64,000 bases of DNA, taken from contig JAHQWK010000030.1 in the NCBI GenBank assembly GCA_029856145.1, positions 9,261 to 73,260 of the forward strand, read 5' to 3'. Within the stretch, counting starts at the first letter, position 1, and each line of letters begins with the position of its first letter. Positions 9,122-20,900 of the stretch are shown in pieces. The notes beneath the pieces are model-generated. The model was not told the DNA's origin and did no database searches. It saw nothing but the letters and a program-made list of their open reading frames with translations. Both the position numbers and the translations under genes were made by a program. The stretch is from Promethearchaeia archaeon. Lineage in GTDB: Archaea > Asgardarchaeota > Lokiarchaeia > Sigyniarchaeales > SOKP01.

Positions 9122-11485
9122 TTATTGTTTTCTTTTCTTTTTTCTTCTAATTAACAATATGCTTGCTATACCTATCACTGCTCCTCCACCAATAATCGAA
9201 GCTAGAATAATTAATTCGATAGGAATAGCTCCATCTGCTGTTATTTCTCCAACAGTCATAGTAACTGTGTGGGTCGTAAAATGACTATAAATATCCGTAA
9301 AATTCACCGTATAGATATATTGACCTTTGGATAGACCATCTGGAACATTATACGAAATTGCCGTGCCATTTGACCACATACTCGGACCAACTACGATACC
9401 AGACCCCTGAAGCTCAATCGTGAAATTGCTTGGGTTTGGATCTACTGCCGTCCATGAAATATTTTGCCCTGTATAACCGAGTTCTACACTGAAGTCACTT
9501 GGTGAGCTTGTTAATATCGGGTTTACAACATGACTTCGAATTTGAATGATGGCCAAACCTGGATAAAAATCTGCTAAATAGGCATAATCTCCGCTCACCC
9601 AAATGTCTGTAGAGATTCCATCCGTATTTTCGTATATGGGCATTCCTGGATTGGTAGGGTCAGAAATGTCAATAACCGCTAAACCTGAGGTACCATCAGC
9701 TACATAGGCGTAATCTCCGCTCACGTGAACGTCCCGTGCTACACCAGCTGTATCCATATATATAGGTACCCCTGGATTAGTCGGGTCGGAAATGTCAATG
9801 ATCGCTAAGCCTGAAAGTCCATCTGCTATATAGGCATAATCTCCGCTTATGTAGACATCATTTGCAGAATGAGCCGTATTTCTATATATGGGTGTCCCAG
9901 GATTGGTAGGGTCAGAAATGTCAAGAATCGCCAAGCCTGAATTTTCAACTCCTACATAAGCATAATCCCCCTCCACGTAAACACTAAGTGCAAAACCAGC
10001 TAAGCCTACGCCTTTAGGCAGTCCTGGGTTGGTTGGATCAGAAACATCAATGATCTCCAAACCTGGGGTACCATCAGCTACATAGGCATAATCTCCGCTC
10101 ACATAAACATCATTTGCAATAAAACCCGTATCTTCATACACGGGTGTTCCCGGGTTGGTCGGGTCAGATATATTAATGATCGCTAAGCCCGACGTATCAA
10201 CCGCTACATAGGCGTAATCTCCGTCCACGTAAACCTTACGTGCAGCTCCGCTTGTACTCTCATGTATGGCTATTCCGGGATTGATTGGATCAGAAATATC
10301 AATGATAGCTAAGCCTCCAAGACGAGAAGCCATATAAGCATAATTACCGCTAACATAAACTCCATCTGCATGAGAATTAGTGTTTTCATATACAGGGGTT
10401 GTTGGATTTATCGGTTCGGAAATTTCAACGACTGCTAAACCCGCATTTTCCTCAGCCACATAGGCATAATCCCCGTCTACGTAAACTCCATGTGCAGAAT
10501 CCGCTGTGTTTTCGTATACATGCAGTCCTGGGTTGGTTGGATCAGAAATGTCAATAACCGCTAAGCCTGAAAGACTATCCGCTACATAGGCATAATCTCC
10601 ATATACGTAAACATCATATGCTGATCCGGTCGTATCTTCATAAACGGGCGTTCCCGGGTTGGTAGGATCGGAAATGTCAATAACCGCCAAGCCTGAAAGA
10701 CTATCCGCTACATAGGCATAATCTCCGGTCACATAAACGCCCACTGCACTTCCGATCGTGTCTTCGTAGATGGGTGTTCCTGGATTGGTTGGGTTGGATA
10801 TATCAATGACCGCTAAACCTTCATCTCCATCTGCTACATAGACAAAATCTCCACTCACGTAAACATCAAATGCAAGTCCGATCGTATCTTCGTAAAAAGG
10901 CGTTCCCGGGTCAGTCGGGTCGGATATATTGATAACCGCTAAGCCTGAGCCATAATCAGCCATATAGGCAAAATCTCCGCTCACGTAAACATTATATGAC
11001 GATCCGGTTGTATCTTCGTAAAATGGCGTTCCCGGGTCAGTCGGGTTGGATATATTGATAACCGCTAAGCCAGACCCATAATCTGCCACATAGGCATAAT
11101 CTCCATACACGTAAACATCATATGCTGATCCGGTCGTATCTTCGTAAAATGGCGTTCCCGGGTCGGTCGGGACTGAAATATTAATTACTGCTAAGCCCGA
11201 AGAACCATCTGCTACATAGACATAATCTCCACTCACGTAAACACTTTTTGCCTGTCCAGTTGTATCTTCGTGGAATACATTAGATATTTTAAGGATAGAT
11301 GTAGTAATATCTTCTATTATCTTTGCGTTACTTCTTCTATTACTTGCTAATAAATTTGGGATTATGACTAATGTTATAAAAATCGTGATTACAAACCAAA
11401 TATTTACTTTTTTCCTCTTATTTGTTTTATATTTGCAATTTTTCATTAATTCGCACCTTTTTCTAAAATTATGTAAATAGTCCAT
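9122..11485 (-). CDS. LVIVD-repeat beta-propeller cell-surface protein with N-terminal hydrophobic segment, Ig-like domain and C-terminal membrane anchor
   Basis: About 14 units of ~42 aa (LAVIDISDPTNPG..AYDVYVSGDYAYVAD). C-terminal hydrophobic helix followed by RRKKKRKQ. The start may be the second Met. Confidence 0.9.
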   Translation of the reverse strand: MDYLHNFRKRCELMKNCKYKTNKRKKVNIWFVITIFITLVIIPNLLASNRRSNAKIIEDITTSILKISNVFHEDTTGQAKSVYVSGDYVYVADGSSGLAVINISVPTDPGTPFYEDTTGSAYDVYVYGDYAYVADYGSGLAVINISNPTDPGTPFYEDTTGSSYNVYVSGDFAYMADYGSGLAVINISDPTDPGTPFYEDTIGLAFDVYVSGDFVYVADGDEGLAVIDISNPTNPGTPIYEDTIGSAVGVYVTGDYAYVADSLSGLAVIDISDPTNPGTPVYEDTTGSAYDVYVYGDYAYVADSLSGLAVIDISDPTNPGLHVYENTADSAHGVYVDGDYAYVAEENAGLAVVEISEPINPTTPVYENTNSHADGVYVSGNYAYMASRLGGLAIIDISDPINPGIAIHESTSGAARKVYVDGDYAYVAVDTSGLAIINISDPTNPGTPVYEDTGFIANDVYVSGDYAYVADGTPGLEIIDVSDPTNPGLPKGVGLAGFALSVYVEGDYAYVGVENSGLAILDISDPTNPGTPIYRNTAHSANDVYISGDYAYIADGLSGLAIIDISDPTNPGVPIYMDTAGVARDVHVSGDYAYVADGTSGLAVIDISDPTNPGMPIYENTDGISTDIWVSGDYAYLADFYPGLAIIQIRSHVVNPILTSSPSDFSVELGYTGQNISWTAVDPNPSNFTIELQGSGIVVGPSMWSNGTAISYNVPDGLSKGQYIYTVNFTDIYSHFTTHTVTMTVGEITADGAIPIELIILASIIGGGAVIGIASILLIRRKKKRKQ
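9545..11275 (-). repeat. Coding tandem repeat, about 126-bp unit, about 14 copies
   Basis: Recurrent + strand TAGGCATAATCTCC...ACGTAAAC; near-identical stretches at ~10587-10640 and ~11091-11143. Confidence 0.88.
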
Positions 11486-11605
11486 AAGCTTGATCGTTTA
11501 TATGTTTTTGTTAAATTTTAAATTATTTTACATTAAGTTTTATTCCTTTTTAGAATATGTAGGACAAATTCTTAACTATTAAGATTAGAATTTTGTAAAA
11601 TTCCT

Positions 11606-11638
11606 GAAAGGTAAATTCAGAGTCTGATTTTAATGAAA
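11606..11638 (+). repeat. Dispersed 33-bp hairpin repeat, copy 2
   Basis: GAAAGGTAAATTCAGAGTCTGATTTTAATGAAA. Confidence 0.9.
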
Positions 11639-11720
11639 ATTTAGTAGAAAAAGAAAAAGTGTAAGAAATAATCACAGAAGTATTGCTTTAATAAGATGGA
11701 AAAATAGTAAAAATAATATA

Positions 11721-12269
11721 TCACATTTGTTTTTTTGGAAATCCTATCCAACGTGATACTTGATTCATGTAATCTTTATATTCTTCTTCAAATTCTAATA
11801 TCAAGTATTTTTCTTCATAATGGGCAAAGTATGAATAAAGTGCGAATATTCCCATAGAATAAATAAATCCAATAACTGAAAATGTCGCGATATTAAGACT
11901 AAAATACAATAATATAGCGCTTAAATACATGGGATGACGGGAGTATCGAAATGGTCCATTTCTAATCACATGTGGAGGTGTTCGAATCTCACCATATATA
12001 ATTTTCAGACTTTTTTTTGCAATTCTAAGAGCAATGATGATAATTGGAACAGCAATTATTAGTCTGAAATACCATTTTAAGATATTTTGAATTGATGACA
12101 TCAATTGAATTAGATTTAAATCTATTAGTATTGCAATTATGAATCCAGTAAAACAGATTATTTGCTTTAAATCACATTTTGATGAGGTTTTTCCCAAATC
12201 AATACGATCTTGATATTTAACTTGATTCGCTTTTAATCCTTTACTGCTTGAATTTTTGTTTGTTATCAT
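11721..12269 (-). CDS. Isoprenylcysteine carboxyl methyltransferase / PEMT-family membrane protein
   Basis: Hydrophobic helices, GPFRYSRHPMY, EEKYL..EF..EYKDYM..V.RW. Confidence 0.85.
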   Translation of the reverse strand: MITNKNSSSKGLKANQVKYQDRIDLGKTSSKCDLKQIICFTGFIIAILIDLNLIQLMSSIQNILKWYFRLIIAVPIIIIALRIAKKSLKIIYGEIRTPPHVIRNGPFRYSRHPMYLSAILLYFSLNIATFSVIGFIYSMGIFALYSYFAHYEEKYLILEFEEEYKDYMNQVSRWIGFPKKQM

Positions 12270-12410
12270 TTTGTTTTAGGTATATTTTTTATATTTACTA
12301 TAATATTAATATTTAATACATTATTTATAAATCAAAAAGTGCGATTTGAATGAGTAAGTATAAGTTCTTATACTTACACTATTTTAATCCAAATTTCATG
12401 GGTGGTAAAA

Positions 12411-12866
12411 ATGGGATATTCTTTAGAAAAGAAAAAAGAGGAATTAAAAGAAATGATTGAATTAATTCCAAAAATGCAAGAATCTGTTCGAAATGGATTA
12501 AAAAAGCATTTCCAAGGATTAAATAAACAAAATAAGGGTTCTATTGAATTTGAATTACATTCATTACGAAAGGCGATAGAAATTCTTGATTCAAAATATG
12601 TTTTAGACATTATATTCGTTTTAAGTAGAGAGGGGGAAAGTTTTTTTTTTAATGAATTAAAATCCATGTTATCTCATGTTAATGTAGGAACATTATCAAA
12701 ACGGCTGAAAGAATTGGAAAAGGATAAAGTTATTGATCGAAAAGTGTATCCTAATGAACGTCCAATTCGTGTGAGTTACAGCTTAACTAAAATGGGGTAT
12801 GGCATGTTTTATTTACTTCTTCCAATGTTGGTTTATGTTACCTATATTGATGAATTTCTTAATTGA
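12411..12866 (+). CDS. HxlR-family winged-helix transcriptional regulator
   Basis: FNELKSML...TLSKRLKELE..VIDRKVY..RPIRVSYSLT..G. ATG 12411 follows GGTGG. Confidence 0.88.
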   Translation: MGYSLEKKKEELKEMIELIPKMQESVRNGLKKHFQGLNKQNKGSIEFELHSLRKAIEILDSKYVLDIIFVLSREGESFFFNELKSMLSHVNVGTLSKRLKELEKDKVIDRKVYPNERPIRVSYSLTKMGYGMFYLLLPMLVYVTYIDEFLN

Positions 12867-13423
12867 ACTAATCCTCCCTAAAATCGATATAATGGCTAAG
12901 TCATGTTGTATTTGGTAGTCTATCTCTAATTTGATTTAATATCTTAATAATAAACTCTTCTCCAGTAGCAACATCAATGCTTTCTCCATTTTCTGCATTA
13001 TTTTAATGATTCTTGATCGATTCTGCTAACTTTAATGAGAAATGTGTTGGAGATGGATCATAATATTATTTATTATTATCATCATCTAACATTATGTAGA
13101 CAATGGACAATTTTAAAATATTCTCCTACTCAAATCCATCATTTCCACAAGAAAAGTTCCCAATTTGGATCTCATTCTTTTAATTACTTAACAAAAACGA
13201 ACAAAACATTCAGAAAGTCTAAAGAAAGATGGGAATTATGACCGATTACGAAAAATCAAACACAAAAGATGTTTGGGACTGATCATTCACAAAGTGAAAA
13301 ATGTAGGATATTGATCATTTATTATAAAAATATTTATATAATTACATTTCTTTATTTTTTAATCAACGGAAAAAAAGATGCGGAAAACAACTCTTTATCA
13401 AAAAAATTAAAAAGTGTTAAATA

Positions 13424-16400
13424 ATGGAAGGATCAGTATTAGTTATTGGTGGGGGGATTGCAGGGATACAAACTTCTTTGGATTTAACTGAATTAGGCTT
13501 TAAAGTTTACTTAGTAGAAAAGACTCCTTCAATTGGAGGAAGAATGGCTCAACTTGATAAAACCTTTCCAACAAATGATTGCAGTTTATGTATTCTTGCC
13601 CCTAAAATGGTGGAAGTATTTAGAAATCCTAACATTGAATTAATGACTTATCATGAAGTTCAAAAAGTCTCTGGAAAGCCAGGAAATTTTGTGGCTACAG
13701 TCTTTAAGAAACCTCGTTATATTGATGAGACTAAATGTAAAGGATGTGGTGACTGTGCTACTAAATGTCCAAAAATTGAATTCCCTAACATATTTGATAT
13801 GAATCTAGGTAAAAGAAAATCTATTTACATTCCATTTCCTCAAGCAGTACCCCCTGTATATTTAATTGACCCTGAATTATGTTTAAAACTCACTAAAGGA
13901 GTATGCGGAGTTTGTGAAAAAGTTTGTAAGGCAGAAGCAATAGATTTTGAACAAAAACCTCAAGAAATTAAATTAAACGTTGGTGCTATCGTTGTTGCTA
14001 CTGGATATGATGTATTAGGAGAAGAGTTAACCTCAAGATGGGGTTATAATTATAAAAATGTAGTAAATGCTTTAGAATATGAAAGGATGCTGTCTGCGTC
14101 TGGTCCGTTTGGAGGTCACATTTTAAGACCAAGTGATGAGAAAGAGCCAGAAATAATAGGATTTATTCAATGTGCGGGGTCAAGGGATTTACGCGAGGGA
14201 ATTCCCTATTGCTCTTCAGTTTGTTGTATGTATATAGCTAAGGAAGCAATCATAACTAAGGAACACTCTGAACAATCCAAATGTTTTGTATTCAGGCATG
14301 ATGTTAGAGCTTATGGTAAAAACTTTTATGAATTTACCCAGAGAGCTCAGGAAGAATATGGAGTAAAATATTTCCAGACTAAAATTAGTAGAATAATAGA
14401 AGATCCAGAAACAAATGATTTAGTAATTCATTATGAAGATCTAAAAACGGGTGAATTTAAGGATTTTAAGGCAAATCTAGTGGTGTTAGCTACACCTCTT
14501 GTCCCTTCAGCTGGAACTAAGGAATTAGCGAAAGTTGTAGATATCGAGTTGGATGATTATAATTTTTTTAAAGAGAAATCATATTATAATAAATCTTTAT
14601 CCTCTAAAGAGGGCTTTTTTTTAGCTGGTTTTTGTCAAGGTCCAATGGATATACCAGAAACGGTAGCTGACGCTAGTGGGGTAGCTTCACAAGTAGCGAT
14701 TCTACTTAATTCCTTTAAATTTACTGAAACAAAAGAGAAAATTATTGAGATACCAGAAAAAATAGTTAAAGAAACAGATATAACCAGAATTGGAGTCATT
14801 ATCTGTCATTGTGGTATCAATATTGGAAAATACATTGATATTCCTCAAGTTATAGAACACATAAAAACATTGCCTAATGTAGTCTTTTGTGAAGATAATT
14901 TGTATTCTTGTAGTTCAGATTCTCAAGAACGAATTAAAGAAGTAATAGGTGAATATAATTTAAATAGATTTATTGTAGCTTCTTGTACGCCAAGAACACA
15001 CGAATCTCTATTCCAGGAGACATGCCAAGAAGCGGGATTAAATAAATACTTATTTGAAATGGTGAATATCCGTGATCAATGTTCATGGGTACATATGACA
15101 GAAAAAGAGCTTGCTACGGAAAAAGCAATTGATTTAATAAGAATGGGTGTTGCTAAATCAAGATTATTAAAATCACAAGAAGAAAAGAAATTGAAAATCA
15201 CTCAAACTGCAATGGTAATCGGTGGAGGAATATCCGGAATGACTGCTGCATTAAACATAGCTAATCAAGGATTTATTGTTTATCTTATAGAAAAAGAGAA
15301 ATATTTAGGTGGAAATTTAAGATACTTAAATATGCTATATCCTACTCAAGAGGATGCTTCAGTCTTACTAAACGAAACCATAGAAAAGGTTGAACAGAAT
15401 AAGAATATTCAAATCTTTTCAAATTCTGATTTAAAAGATATTAATGGATATCTTGGTAATTATAATGTTTCACTTATCGATTCAGATAATAAAATTCATG
15501 AGTTAAAAATTGGCACTATTATTGTTGCCACTGGAGGACAAGAATTAAAACCTAATGAATTTTTTGAATATAAATATACGAACCACAATGTAATTACACA
15601 ATTACAACTAGAACAGAAATTAAAGGATGAAGATAATTCATGGCTTGATAAACTTAATCACATTACTACTCTATTATGTGTTAATGCTAGACAAGAAAAA
15701 GGGATAACATATTGTTCAAATATATGTTGTGAAAGTGCTATAAAGAATATTAATATCTTAAAGGAATTAAAGCAAGACCTTAAACTAATTGTTCTTTATA
15801 GAGATCTTCAAATGGCAAAGAAAGAATTTGAAAGATATTATCGTGAACGAAGAAAAGATGCCATTTTTTTGAGATATGATTTAGATAATCCGCCTGTAAT
15901 TAAAGAGAAAAATAGTGGAACAAGTAAGTTTGAAATTAAAGTATTTGATACCAATTTACAAGATAATATCAAATTTGATACAGATTTATTAGTATTATCC
16001 ACACCTATGATTCCCGCTGACAATTTAGATGAGCTAGCAAAAATGCTCAAGGTTCCTCTAGACAAAAATGGTTTCTTTTTAGAGGCTCATGTTAAATTGA
16101 GACCGTTAGATTTTGCTACTGATGGAATATTCTTATGTGGATGTGCCCAATGGCCAAAAAATATACAAGATTCAATATCACAAGGAAATGGTGCCGCAGG
16201 AAGAGCATGTAGGTTTTTAAGCGCAGAGGAAATTACCACATCTGGATTAATAGCGGAAGTAGATCCAGAGATGTGTATCGGATGTGGAACATGTGAGGAA
16301 GCATGTTCCTATAGCGCAATAGAAATTATAAGTGTCATGAAGGAATTTGAAGAAGTAAGTCTACCAATAAAAAAATCTTCTGTAAATTCAAGTTTATGCA

Positions 16401-16504
16401 AAGGATGTGGTACTTGTGCGGTGAATTGTCCAGTTGGGGCAATTTCTATTAAGCATTACGATTTTGAACAAATAAATGCTATGATTAGGACATTAGCAAT
16501 GTAA
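13424..16504 (+). CDS. hdrA: Large two-module HdrA-like flavoprotein
   Basis: Same motif set as 5428..8469; close paralog of 17934..21035. Confidence 0.95.
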   Translation: MEGSVLVIGGGIAGIQTSLDLTELGFKVYLVEKTPSIGGRMAQLDKTFPTNDCSLCILAPKMVEVFRNPNIELMTYHEVQKVSGKPGNFVATVFKKPRYIDETKCKGCGDCATKCPKIEFPNIFDMNLGKRKSIYIPFPQAVPPVYLIDPELCLKLTKGVCGVCEKVCKAEAIDFEQKPQEIKLNVGAIVVATGYDVLGEELTSRWGYNYKNVVNALEYERMLSASGPFGGHILRPSDEKEPEIIGFIQCAGSRDLREGIPYCSSVCCMYIAKEAIITKEHSEQSKCFVFRHDVRAYGKNFYEFTQRAQEEYGVKYFQTKISRIIEDPETNDLVIHYEDLKTGEFKDFKANLVVLATPLVPSAGTKELAKVVDIELDDYNFFKEKSYYNKSLSSKEGFFLAGFCQGPMDIPETVADASGVASQVAILLNSFKFTETKEKIIEIPEKIVKETDITRIGVIICHCGINIGKYIDIPQVIEHIKTLPNVVFCEDNLYSCSSDSQERIKEVIGEYNLNRFIVASCTPRTHESLFQETCQEAGLNKYLFEMVNIRDQCSWVHMTEKELATEKAIDLIRMGVAKSRLLKSQEEKKLKITQTAMVIGGGISGMTAALNIANQGFIVYLIEKEKYLGGNLRYLNMLYPTQEDASVLLNETIEKVEQNKNIQIFSNSDLKDINGYLGNYNVSLIDSDNKIHELKIGTIIVATGGQELKPNEFFEYKYTNHNVITQLQLEQKLKDEDNSWLDKLNHITTLLCVNARQEKGITYCSNICCESAIKNINILKELKQDLKLIVLYRDLQMAKKEFERYYRERRKDAIFLRYDLDNPPVIKEKNSGTSKFEIKVFDTNLQDNIKFDTDLLVLSTPMIPADNLDELAKMLKVPLDKNGFFLEAHVKLRPLDFATDGIFLCGCAQWPKNIQDSISQGNGAAGRACRFLSAEEITTSGLIAEVDPEMCIGCGTCEEACSYSAIEIISVMKEFEEVSLPIKKSSVNSSLCKGCGTCAVNCPVGAISIKHYDFEQINAMIRTLAM

Positions 16505-16644
16505 GGTTAAATTAAAAAGAATTTAACGCTATCATATCTATAATTTCTCATTTGACAATAGAGTTATTAATTCTAATCAGAAAAAATAAATTCTTTCTAT
16601 TTTTTTTCTAATCATTATCAATTCAATTTTTAAAATTTGAATAA

Positions 16645-17934
16645 TTGAATGAAGTGAATATTATTACTGAGACTAAAAAAACAGATGATTCAGAAGAACT
16701 CAGCGATGACATCAATTCTTACATTGAAAAAGTTTATGAACCAAATATAAGGAAATTATTGTATAGATGTTATCAATGTGTTCGCTGTAGTGGTGTCTGT
16801 CAACTCAGCAAGGTTCAGACTTTTGAACCTAGTAGAATAATTCAAATGATATTAGAGGGTTTTGAAGATAAAATTATTGAGAGTGGCATTTTATGGGATT
16901 GTTTAACTTGTAATGCTTGTCTTCAAAATTGTCCTGAAGGAATTAATTTTGCAGATATTGTTAGAATGACAAAATATAAAATGCGAGAATCGTATAATCA
17001 AAACCCGGATGATTTTATTGCTCATAAAGGTGTATATACCACTATCTCAGAGATAATGAGTGAATCTCATATAATTCCAGAAAGATCCCTTGAATGGGTT
17101 CCTAAGGGATGTGAAATTTCAAAACAAGGAAAGATTATGTTTTATGTTGGGTGTTTACCCTATTTTAATTTTGAGTTTGAAAATTCAGATTCTATAGCAG
17201 AAAGCACTTTAAGCATACTTTGCCAGATTGAAAAAGAGCCAATTGTAGTTCTTCAAGATGAAATTTGTTGTGGACATGACCTTTATTGGGGTCAAGGAAA
17301 ACTCAAAGAATTTATCAATTTGGGGAAGAGGAATATTAAAAGAATTGAAGAAACTGGAGTTAAGACAATAATTACGGCATGTGCTGAATGTTATAGGACA
17401 TTTAAAGTAGATTATCCGAATTTATTTGAAAATTTTAATAAAAAATTCGTTATCAAACATTTAATTGAGTATGTCTATGAAAATTGGAAAGCAAATAAAA
17501 TTGAATTTAAGAACCCATCTGAAAAAGAACAACCAATTCCATTTACTTATCATGACCCATGTCGTCTAAGTAGATTTTTACCGAAAGATAGTAAGATAAT
17601 AGATAATGTACGTGAAATTTTTTCTCATTTAAAGCAAATAGGATATGAATTTTCTGAAATGCTACATAATAAAACTGATGCTTTGTGCTGTGGAGTAAGT
17701 TCCTGGATGAATTGCAATGATCGCTCAAAAGCCTTACGCTATAAAAGGTTATTAGAAGCAAAAGATGCAGGGGAAATAATGGTCACTTCATGTCCTAAGT
17801 GTAAAATACATTTGTCTTGTCTACAAGAAGACTATGAAGATATCGCATCAATAGAAATAGTAGATTTTTCTGAATTCTTAGTTAATCTAATAACTATTGT
17901 AGATTCTAATCAAAAGGTGGAGGGAGAAAAATAA
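16645..17934 (+). CDS. HdrD-like Fe-S oxidoreductase (paralog of 4151..5428)
   Basis: CYQCVRCSGVC, CLTCNACLQNCP, two CCG domains, YHDPCRL. Confidence 0.9.
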   Translation: MNEVNIITETKKTDDSEELSDDINSYIEKVYEPNIRKLLYRCYQCVRCSGVCQLSKVQTFEPSRIIQMILEGFEDKIIESGILWDCLTCNACLQNCPEGINFADIVRMTKYKMRESYNQNPDDFIAHKGVYTTISEIMSESHIIPERSLEWVPKGCEISKQGKIMFYVGCLPYFNFEFENSDSIAESTLSILCQIEKEPIVVLQDEICCGHDLYWGQGKLKEFINLGKRNIKRIEETGVKTIITACAECYRTFKVDYPNLFENFNKKFVIKHLIEYVYENWKANKIEFKNPSEKEQPIPFTYHDPCRLSRFLPKDSKIIDNVREIFSHLKQIGYEFSEMLHNKTDALCCGVSSWMNCNDRSKALRYKRLLEAKDAGEIMVTSCPKCKIHLSCLQEDYEDIASIEIVDFSEFLVNLITIVDSNQKVEGEK

Positions 17935-20900
17935 TGGAGGGTTCAGTGTTAGTCATTGGAGGAGGTATAGCAGGAATTCAAATTTCTCTTGATCTCACCG
18001 AATTAGGATTTAAAGTTTATTTAGTGGAAAAATCACCTTCAATTGGAGGAAGAATGGCTCAATTGGATAAAACATTTCCAACATTAGATTGCTCTTTATG
18101 TATCTTAGCCCCAAAAATGGTTGAAGTGTTTCGGAATCCCAATATTGAATTGATGACTTACCATGAGGTTCTTCATATTGATGGTGAACCTGGTAATTTT
18201 ACTGCCAAAATTCTAAAGAAACCTCGATATGTTGACGAGGAAAAATGTAAAGGTTGTGGTGATTGTGCTAATAAGTGTCCAAAAATTTTGGCTCCAAATC
18301 CTTTTGAAATGAATATTGGTAAAAGAAAATCTGTATATATTCCTTTTCCTCAAGCGGTACCTCCTATCTACTTAATTGACTCAGAGATGTGTTTGTATTT
18401 ACAAAAAGGAGTATGTCAAGTATGTAAAAAAGTATGCACTGCAGAAGCAATCGATTTTGAACAGAAACCTGAAGAATTTGACATTAAAGTTGGAGCTGTA
18501 GTGGTCGCAACTGGTTTTGAGATGCCTGCTGAAAACTTATCTTCAAGATGGGGTTATAGATACGAAAATGTTGTAAGTGCTCTTGAATATGAAAGGATAT
18601 TATGCGCATCTGGACCATTTGATGGGCATGTCATGAGATTAAGCGATGATAAAGAACCTGAGGTTATCGCTTTTGTTCAATGTGCAGGTTCAAGAGATCT
18701 TCATGAAAATGTACCTTTTTGTTCTAGCGTTTGTTGCACTTATACGGCAAAACAAGCAATAATAACCCAAGAACATTCGGATAATTCAGAATGTTATGTC
18801 TTTCGGCATGACATTCGTGCGTATGGTAAAAATTTCTATGAATTCACACAAAGAGCGCAAAAAGAATATGGAGTAAAATATTTTCAATCAAAAATAAGTA
18901 CAATTAAAGAAGATCCTGATACTCAAGATCTATTCATACATTATGAGGATTTAAAGACAGGTGAATTTAAAGATTTTCGTGCTAATTTGGTTGTTTTAGC
19001 ATCACCCTTAGTTCCATCAAAAGGAGTTAAAGAATTAGGATACTCTTTAGGAATTGAGTTAGATAAGTATAATTTTTTCCAAGAAAAGTCATATTTTGAT
19101 AAATTAAAGTCTTCTAGAGATGGAGTTTTCTTATGTGGATTTTGCCAAGGACCAATGGATATTCCAGAGACAGTTGCAGACGCTAGTGGAGTAGCAGCAC
19201 AAATTGCTAATTTATTAAATTCCGTCAAATTTACTCAAATGAAAGAGAAAGTATTTGATGTACCGGAAAAAGAAATTAAAATTACAGATGAACCAAGAAT
19301 AGGAGTAATGGTTTGTCATTGTGGAATTAATATTGGAAACTATGTAGATGTGCCAAGAGTAGTAGAATATGTTAAGGAATTACAAAATGTAGTGGTTTGT
19401 GAAGCAAATTTATACTCTTGTTCTTCTGATTCTCAAATAAGGATTAAGGAATTAATTGCTGAATATGATTTAAATCGGTTTATCGTAGCATCTTGCACTC
19501 CTAGGACCCACGAATCATTATTTCAAGAAACATGCCAAGAAGGAGGTCTGAACAAATATCTTTTTGAGCTTGTAAATATTCGAGATCAATGTTCCTGGGT
19601 TCACATGACAGAAAAAGAAGCAGCTACAGAAAAAGCTATAGATTTAATTAGGATGCATGTTGCTAAATCAAAATTATTAAAGCCACAAAAGGAAGATAAA
19701 GTTGACATTACACATACAGCATTAATTATTGGTGGGGGCGTTTCTGGTATGACCGCAGCGTTAAATATTGCTAATCAAGGATTTAAAGCATACCTTGTCG
19801 AAAAGGAAAGCGAATTAGGTGGAAACCTAAAATTTCTAAATGTTTTGTATCCAGTTCATAAGAATGCCTTAGAATTTTTACGTGAATTAAAAGAGAAAAT
19901 AGATAAAAACAACAATATTCAAGTATTCTTAAATGGTGGAATTAAAAATATCAAAGGTTATGTTGGAAATTATGACGTAGTTATAAATGATTCAAATAAC
20001 GAAATTCATGATGTAAAAATTGGAACAATAATAGTTGCTACTGGAGGCCAAGAATTTAAACCATCAGGTCTTTTTGGGTATAATGATAAAAATAAGAATG
20101 TAATGACTCAATTGGAGTTAGAACAGAAATTACAAAATAAGGATCATTCATGGTTAGATCAAATTAATCGAGTAACAATAATTTTATGCGTAAATGCTAG
20201 ACAAGATGAAGGTATAACCTACTGTTCTAATATCTGTTGTGCGAATTCAATAAAAAATGTTAGAATATTAAAAGAATTGAAGCCTGAATTAGAAATTGTT
20301 GTAATTTACAGAGATTTACAAATGGCTAAGAAAGAATTCGAGGAATACTATCGTGAACGTAGAAAGGACGCAATTTTTCTTAGATATGACTTAGAAAAGC
20401 TACCAGAAGTAAAAAAGAAAAAAGGTACTCCCGAAAAATTTCAGATAATAGTATTCGATACTAATTTAAAAGACAATCTTGAATTTGAAACAGATTTAAT
20501 ATTACTTTCGACACCCATGATTCCCGCAGATAATTTGAAAGAATTAGCAATGATGCTTAAAGTTCCATTAGATAAGAATGGTTTCTTCTTAGAAGCACAT
20601 GTTAAATTACGACCTTTGGATTTTGCTACAGAAGGAATTTTCTTATGTGGATGTGCTCAATGGCCAAAGAATATTCAGGATTCAATTTCACAAGCTAATG
20701 GTGCTGCCGGTAGAGCAAGTAGGTTCCTAAGTGCAGATAAAATTACCACATCTGGATTAGTAGCTGAAGTCTCAGAAGAGAAATGCATTGGATGTGGAAA
20801 ATGTGAAGATGTATGTCCTTATAAAGCAATAAGTCTCATAGAAATAATAAAAGAATTTGAGGATATCAGTATTAAAGTCAATAAATCTAATATCAATGCT

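Noticed and set aside
9545-11275. CRISPR array
   Set aside because: The repeats are in-frame 126-bp coding units with no unique spacers.
12901-13241. ORF 13035..13241 and a minus-strand fragment 12901-13002 (NAENGESIDVATGEEFIIKIL…)
   Set aside because: No recognisable motifs or start signals; probably decayed DNA at the edge of the insert, not assignable.
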